Source: Diplonema japonicum
Lineage: Eukaryota; Protista; Euglenozoa: Diplonemea
NCBI GenBank assembly: GCA_964019335.1
Contig: OZ025652.1
Coordinates: 372,001-436,000 of the forward strand
DNA length: 64,000 bases
Reading direction: 5' to 3'
Of the stretch, positions 57,789 to 64,000 are shown one piece after another. The stretch's first letter is position 1, and each line of letters starts with the position of its first letter. The translations under genes were made by a program, and so were the position numbers. Below the pieces are notes generated by a model, which had not been told where the DNA came from, made no database searches, and saw only the letters and a list, made by a program, of their open reading frames with translations.

Positions 57789-59333
57789 CTTTTGTTTGCT
57801 TTCCCCAGTCTATAATCATACCTGTGCCCTGACGTCCTTAGCACCAGAAGCAGCATATTTAAACGCACGCTGGAGGTCGAACAACAAATCATTGACATCC
57901 TCAATCCCCACGCTCAGCCTGACGAGATCGGGAGGGAGGGTACGCTTCTCAGCAGGAATCGATGCGTGAGACAGAAGACAAGGCATCTCGATGAGCGAGT
58001 TGCACGAACCAAACGAAACGGTGATCTTGAACAGCTTGCAGGCGTCGACAATCCTCTCTGACAGGCGGACATCGCCTGTTTCAAACGATAAGACGGAACC
58101 ACCTCCCTTCGCCTGCGCGAAGTGTAATTTGTACGACTCCATAGTGGAGGTTAAAGGGCCTTTATTCTCGCCAGGCTTCAATCCAGCATAATGCAATTTC
58201 TTAACCTGCGGGACGGTGTTGAGGTATTGCGCGATTTTCATGGCGTTGTACTGCTGTCTTTCAATTCGAACCGCGATGGTCTTCAAACCCCTCAGAACAA
58301 GCCAGGAATCGAACGGAGCCAGAGCAGACCCTTCGGCGTTTTGAAGAAACGCGACCTTTGAAGCAAGTTCAGCGGATTTCACACAAACAACACCAACCAT
58401 CGTGTCGCTGTGCCCGTTCAAAAATTTCGTCCCGCTGTGCATCACAATGTCGGCTCCCAACGTCAACGGTTGCCACAGGTAAGGCGACATCATAGTACTG
58501 TCTACAGAAACAAGAATATCGTGTTTATGCGCAATCTCGCAAAGTTTTTTAAGATCTGTAATACGCATTAACGGGTTCGAAGGGGACTCAATGTGGACGA
58601 GCTTTGTAACACCAGGTGTGATAGCGGATTCAAGATCTAACAGCTGCGTCGTGTCTATGAACTGCAGCTTGATGTTGAACCTGTTGCACACCTGCGTCAA
58701 CAAACGGTGCATCCCACCGTACAGATCGCTGCACGCGATGATCTCATCACCACTGCTAAACAGTTGTGTGATGGTTGTCAATGCCGACATCCCTGTTGAG
58801 AACGCAAACGCAGAATGCGCAGCTTCAAGCTTTGCGATAAGAACCTCCAATGCCGTTCTTGTAGGGTTCCCAGAACGGGTGTAGTCGTACGGCCCGAACT
58901 CGCTAATCGACGGTTGAACGAATGTACTGGTTTGGTAGATAGGCATTGATGATGGGTGGTATGGGTCGTTCGGGCAACCATCGAAGATAACTACTTGAGT
59001 TGCTGGGTGCAGCGGTGCTGGTTTTTCGTTGAAATGCGGTCTGTCTGGGTATGTCTGTACCTCAGCGATGTCGTAGGACACAACGCTTCCTTTTTTGAAG
59101 TTTTGCGGGACGGCCTGGTTGCGGCTTTGGTCGTTCTCGTTGTCACGGCTTGACAGGCTGAACTGCCAGCTGTCTTCAGCAAGGTGGTCGTGGACTGCCC
59201 AGCCTTCTTTCCCGTTCTTCTTCCCCACCTCCTCCAACAGTTGGGTCAGTTGAGAGTTGCGCCATTCCAATGCGTCCCTTTCCTTCTCGAGCTCCTCCAC
59301 CCTCTGCTTTAAAACTTTGTTTTCCTCTTCCAT
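57705..59333 (-). CDS. Cystathionine beta-lyase (Cys/Met metabolism PLP enzyme) with N-terminal coiled-coil extension, 2 exons
   Basis: PIYQTSTF, YDYTRSGNPTR, HSGTKFLNGHSD (PLP Lys), TVSFGSCNSLI, LVRLSVGIED. Intron 57750-57821. Confidence 0.9.
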
Positions 59334-59351
59334 ATTTATTATTATTGTATT

Positions 59352-59386
<35 letters not shown>

Positions 59387-59562
59387 CCCCACCCTTTTTT
59401 GGAAAGAAAACGATTTTTTTTTTCTTATATAAATCTTCCGATAGATGAGGGTTTAGATTTTTTTTTTTTAAAAAATTGCTGGGCAAATTTATATATACCC
59501 AGCTTGTGTGCCCCCCCCCCCCCCCCCCCCCCGAAACAGAAGCAAAAATGGTCAACTTTAAG

Positions 59563-59690
59563 AAGACGCGGGCATTACCCGGTTACCCGGTATCTGAGAG
59601 ATTTTCGTGGCGGCCTGTCCACTGGGATTGCAACCGGGATACTCGAAACTAAATAAACGTAAGCTGATGTCACTGGGTAAATGCTGTCTT
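59563..59690 (+). ncRNA. Putative structured RNA / hammerhead-like element
   Basis: Long imperfect terminal stem AAGAC..GGCATTACCCGGT / ACTGGGTAAATGCTGTCTT, enclosing CTGAGAG...CTCGAAAC...GTA. Confidence 0.3.
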
Positions 59691-59792
59691 GTAGGTTTAA
59701 AGAAAAAAAATATAGAGAAAAACAAAGGGGGGGAGGGGGGAAAGACGGGTTTAGGGAAAAGAGGGGAGAGAGAAATAGAAATAAAAAAAGGC

Positions 59793-59834
<42 letters not shown>

Positions 59835-61624
59835 GAGGGTGAGAATGGGGGAACAATAATAGAACAGGGGAAAAGGGTGTGCAAACAATAAAAAAAAGAG
59901 AGGGGGTGAATTTTCTTTTTTTTCTTTGTGGTGTCTTTTCTGAAAGGACCCCCCCCCCCCCACTCTCCACGCTCAGGTGGCTAACATTACATTCATGTTT
60001 GTTGTAATAAGAGGCCAGCGACAAAATTATACAGGCCCCGAGTTTTTTTTTTTAAATACAAATATTTCGAAATAAACCGGACCCCCCCCCCCCCCCCCCG
60101 TCATCTAGCGCCTCATGCATAAGAGGGGGATTGAAACAAAGGAGGGGAGGGGAAGAGGAAGCGCAAAGAAAAAAAAATTACCCGGCACTGATTCCAGAAG
60201 GTACCATATTGCCTTTTTTTTTTGGAAAAAAAAAAAAAAAAAAAAGAAAGAAGAAATAGTAGCTAAACCGATTCAACAGGTAGCCGCTTGTTTTTTTGGT
60301 GTCCCGCTAATTTTCTTATATCTTCTCTCTCTCGCTCCCAGCTGTTCGAAAATGTGTGTTTCAACCTTCTTTGTACAGGGTTTTGAAAGAATACAACAAG
60401 CAAAGAGGGGAACAACTCTGCACCTTTAAAAAAAAAAAAAAAAGAAGAAGAAACTTCGTTCACTCGCTTAGATTACAAATCCGTGCACAGACGCTAAGAA
60501 AGAAAATCCAGGAAATACACCAATTTTTCTTCTTACCCTTCTCCTCCACACCACTCCCTTTCGTTTTTTTTTTTTTTTTTTTTTTTTTTTTCCCTTGTCT
60601 TGGTCACACAACGTACTTCGGTATCCTCTCCAAAACTTTTTTTTTTTCTTTTCGGATTTTTTTCCCCCCTTCCTCATCAAACGTTATTGGATGTACATAA
60701 AAAAACAAAAAACAAAAAACAAAAAACAAAAAAAAAAAAAAAAAAACGGGGAGAATCGGGGAGGAGGGCGGACAGATACTGTTATTCTTGTTCTTGTTCT
60801 TGTTCTTTCTTTTTTCGGCTTTTTTTTTTCTTTCGTCCCCCCTCTTTTTTTTTTTTTTTTTTTTTTTTTGCACGCACTTCTAAAATTGTGATGCAATTTC
60901 AAGCGCAGCAACTAGAAAAAAAAAATAAAAAGGTGGCTGTGAATGATACTGGTTTTTTTTTTTTTTTTTTTTTTTTTTCCTTTCGTCCCCTCACTGACTT
61001 TTTGCACCAATCTTAGATATGGAGAGAAGAAATAAAAACTAGAAAAAAGGAAAGGAGAAAAGTATAAATATGGAATGTGTGACTTAGGAAGGAAGGGATT
61101 GGAAAAAAAGAATTTTTTTTTTCGCACGCTTTCTTCTTTTTTCCCCCCTCTTCCCTTCTCGTCATTTTGCTACAGAACACATTCAAGAAAGAGAAAAGGG
61201 AGGAAAAGGGTGGGACAGGGAGTAAAGTACTTTTTTTTTTTAAAAAAAAACCCCAACCTTTAAAAAAAAAACCCCCCCAACCTTTCAAAGAAAGAAGTAC
61301 AATACTGACCCCGACTCCCCCCAAAGAAGGTACAATCGCACCCAAAAAGAGACAGAAAAAAAAAAACTTTCCTACTTTTTTTTGATTCTTTTTCCTCTCC
61401 TTTCTTGTCTTGCACTCCAAAGAGAGTTTAATTAATTAAAAAAAGACTCGGGCTCTGTAGTCCGCCTTTTTTTTTTTCGTTTTTTTTTTCTTTCTCCCCC
61501 GTTCTTTCTCCCCTCTCCAGGTAGGCAAAAGTGGTATCTTTTCTTTTTTTTTTTTCCTTCCTTTTTCCCCCCCCCTCTTGGATTTTAAAAAAAAAAATGG
61601 GGCTTTGCAACACTAGGAGGCGTT

Positions 61625-61909
61625 AAGCGTGCAATGAAGCACGAACTACCTACTTGATTACAGGGGGCGCTCCTCGGCCGAGCAGTAGCTTCTTCTGCGT
61701 TCCGCGTCGTGTCCTTAATGCGTGCGGTGTGCTCAACCCTAGCCGGGGCGTCCCGGGTAACCAAGATTCTGCGCTCGTGCAGTTTGCTGCCTGTTCGTCT
61801 GCGTTACGTTCTTCCACTCGGGCGCTACCGGTGATGACCGACGAGGAGGTCAACAGCGAACAACACATCTGATGTACTTCTTATATTTTCATGTTATCCC
61901 CACCACCAA
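61625..61909. mobile_element. Longest copy of degenerate dispersed repeat (SINE/SIDER-like)
   Basis: Homopolymer-free island whose sub-blocks recur at 12370-12451, 45935-46065 and weakly at 37541-37553. Confidence 0.65.
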
Positions 61910-62958
61910 AAAAAAAAAAAGAAAGATCTCCCATTTCCTTTCCTTTCTCCCTTTTCCTTTTCGCAACAATGCCCTGGTACCGGGTACAGAATTGAGTACC
62001 AAATAAAAAAAAAAAAAAAAAAAAAAGAATGTACAAGGAGGAGGAGGGGAAGGCGGCCTTAGAGAGAGATAACAGGGCTGCCACGATCGCTACACCTGCC
62101 CAAGCGTTTACATGGGTAACGCAGGAAAAGAGGGGACCCACATAATACCTCTATAGGCAATGACCCACCACCGCTAAAAGATAATGAAGAAAAAAAAGGG
62201 GGGGGGGGCGTATAATTGTGAAGCGCTGCGTGTCAATAAATCACTGTCAGAAGGAAGACTGGGACTTCACTCAGGATAAGGAAAAACAGGGGCCAGGGCT
62301 GAAAGGTGAGAATGAAAGAGAGAAAAACCAAAGAAAAAGGGAGGAAAAATCAAAGGTAAAGAGACATAAGAGGGAGGGGGGAATGGAGAAGAATAAAAAA
62401 GGGGGAAATGGCACAATTGCACACCGGAGGGGGGGGGGGGGGGGGAGGGGGCAGGAGGGTCATTCAAAGCTGTTCCTTCTCTTGCACACCCCCTTTTTTT
62501 TCTTCTTTTTATTTCTTTCTATCACCGGCTTCCTTAGTTTCCTTCTCTTTCCCTCCACTCCCTGCCCCCCCCCCCCCCCCCCCTCCCACTTTCGTGCTCC
62601 CCTTCTTTTTTTGTTTTGGTTTCCCTAAATATCTAAAAAAAAAGGGGGTAGCTGGGAGACATAAAAAAGCAAAAGAGAAAAAAAAGAGGGGGGAAAGGGG
62701 TAATGGGGAAGTACCTAATATAAGCCCATAACGAATAACTGATTCTTTTTTTGGGGGGGGAGGGGTGAAAAGGGAGGAGGGGGGAATATGCAAAAAAAAA
62801 AAAATACACAATTTTTTTTGTTTTTTTTTTTCTTCTTCACTTATAACACTTACCTAATATTTTTTTTGTTTTTTTTTTTATTATCCCCCCCCCCACACAC
62901 ACCCCAATAAAAATACACTTTTTTTTTTTTCTTTCCGATTTTTTTTTTTTTTTTTTTT

Positions 62959-63804
62959 TCACGAAAAACCCAAAGAAGCGAACGGCGGTGCGGTCTTTGG
63001 TGATGTGACAGGTGGTGAATCTGGTGACGATGGTGCGTCGTCTTCCACAAGCGGGGACCCCAGCCCATGTTCCAGCAGCAAAGGCTTGTACTCAGGCAGT
63101 GGAATACCAGACGGGATATTGAGATATTCTTGATAAGATTCCAGAGCGGCGACGAAACCCAAGTTTGGGTTAATAACCGGCCGCCTTCTCCAGACGAGGT
63201 CCTTGGCGAGCTTGTAAGGAATCTGAAGCATCCTCATTAGGTAAGCGATGATGATTGTTGCACTCCGGGATATACCCTGTCGGCAGTGGACAAGTACCAC
63301 ACCGTTCGCTGCCCGTGCATCGTCTAGATACGACAGGGCAGCATCGAAATATCTTGATATAGGAGAGTCAGAATGATCTGTGACGGATATGTGCAAATAT
63401 TGGACAGAGTCAAACTGCTTGTAAGGAGTTTCCTGCTGCAGGTTTATTATATGGGTGATGTGTAACCTTTTTATCTCTTCTTCGCGGCTGGCATCGTAAA
63501 CCGCACCCAAGTACAACCATGGAAGTACTTGTGTTGCATATAAATCGCTGGGTATGCCCTTTTTCGGTTTTCCTGTTTCGTTTGTATCTTTCTCCACGGG
63601 TGCGAGGCTTTCCAATCCCGCTTTGAACCTGAATCTGGCCACTTTTTGCGCCTTGCATAGAACTGGAGTCTCACATGTGTTTGAGTTCAGCTGGCTTGGC
63701 TGGCCGATACCCATTAAAAGCTCCCCTTTGAACCGCTCGTTCTTGTTCTGTTCCTCCTCGTCTTCTGTGCAGGGTGAGACGGGAAAGACCTTCTCAGCCT
63801 CCAT
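62959..63804 (-). CDS. Dual-specificity protein phosphatase
   Basis: LPWLYLG, VLVHCRQGISRSATIIIAYLM, RPVINPNLGF. Confidence 0.95.
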   Translation of the reverse strand: MEAEKVFPVSPCTEDEEEQNKNERFKGELLMGIGQPSQLNSNTCETPVLCKAQKVARFRFKAGLESLAPVEKDTNETGKPKKGIPSDLYATQVLPWLYLGAVYDASREEEIKRLHITHIINLQQETPYKQFDSVQYLHISVTDHSDSPISRYFDAALSYLDDARAANGVVLVHCRQGISRSATIIIAYLMRMLQIPYKLAKDLVWRRRPVINPNLGFVAALESYQEYLNIPSGIPLPEYKPLLLEHGLGSPLVEDDAPSSPDSPPVTSPKTAPPFASLGFS

Positions 63805-64000
63805 TAAGGTAGCCACGGTAATATCGGACCCCCCAGGGGTTTTTTTTTTGTTTTGTTATGTGTAAAAAGTGGGGGGGGGGGGAGAGGGGGAGGGGAGAGA
63901 GAGGGGATATTTACAAAAGGGGGGGGTGCGGTTCTTTTTTTTAAAAAAAGCCTCTTTTCCCTCTTTTTTTATTTTTTTTTATTTAGACAAGGGAAAGGCG

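Noticed and set aside
59591-59636. SAM-I or cobalamin riboswitch resemblance (TATC.GAGAG...GCAACC)
   Set aside because: The SAM-like words are on the strand opposite the gene and the downstream conserved elements are missing.
61831-61873. Box C/D snoRNA (TGATGA...CTGA)
   Set aside because: Only about 40 nt, antisense to the cluster, and inside a dispersed repeat.

Overview
Eukaryotic nuclear DNA, most likely from a euglenozoan, probably diplonemid-like. This is inferred from a BILBO1-like flagellar-pocket-collar gene and a strictly unidirectional gene layout combined with many cis-introns. I can support about 30 protein-coding genes, all on the minus strand. I reconstructed 37 distinct short (36-72 nt) GT-AG introns by hand, each restoring the reading frame. 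The introns are unusual in three ways: the donor is usually GTATG, many acceptors are preceded by A-tracts rather than pyrimidine tracts, and they are biased to the 3' end of genes. Non-coding DNA is saturated with homopolymer runs of all four bases, while the CDSs are frameshift-free. Accessory elements: an identical ALDH gene pair with unrelated flanks, a bacterial PhzE-type (fused TrpE/G) enzyme and other probable HGT genes, an ankyrin-PARP-like gene and a WWE-macro-like gene, a MITE, a three-copy TTAA-associated mini-hairpin, a degenerate SINE/SIDER-like family downstream of genes, and a structured hammerhead-like element upstream of cystathionine beta-lyase. Protein calls come from motif recognition only; no searches were run.
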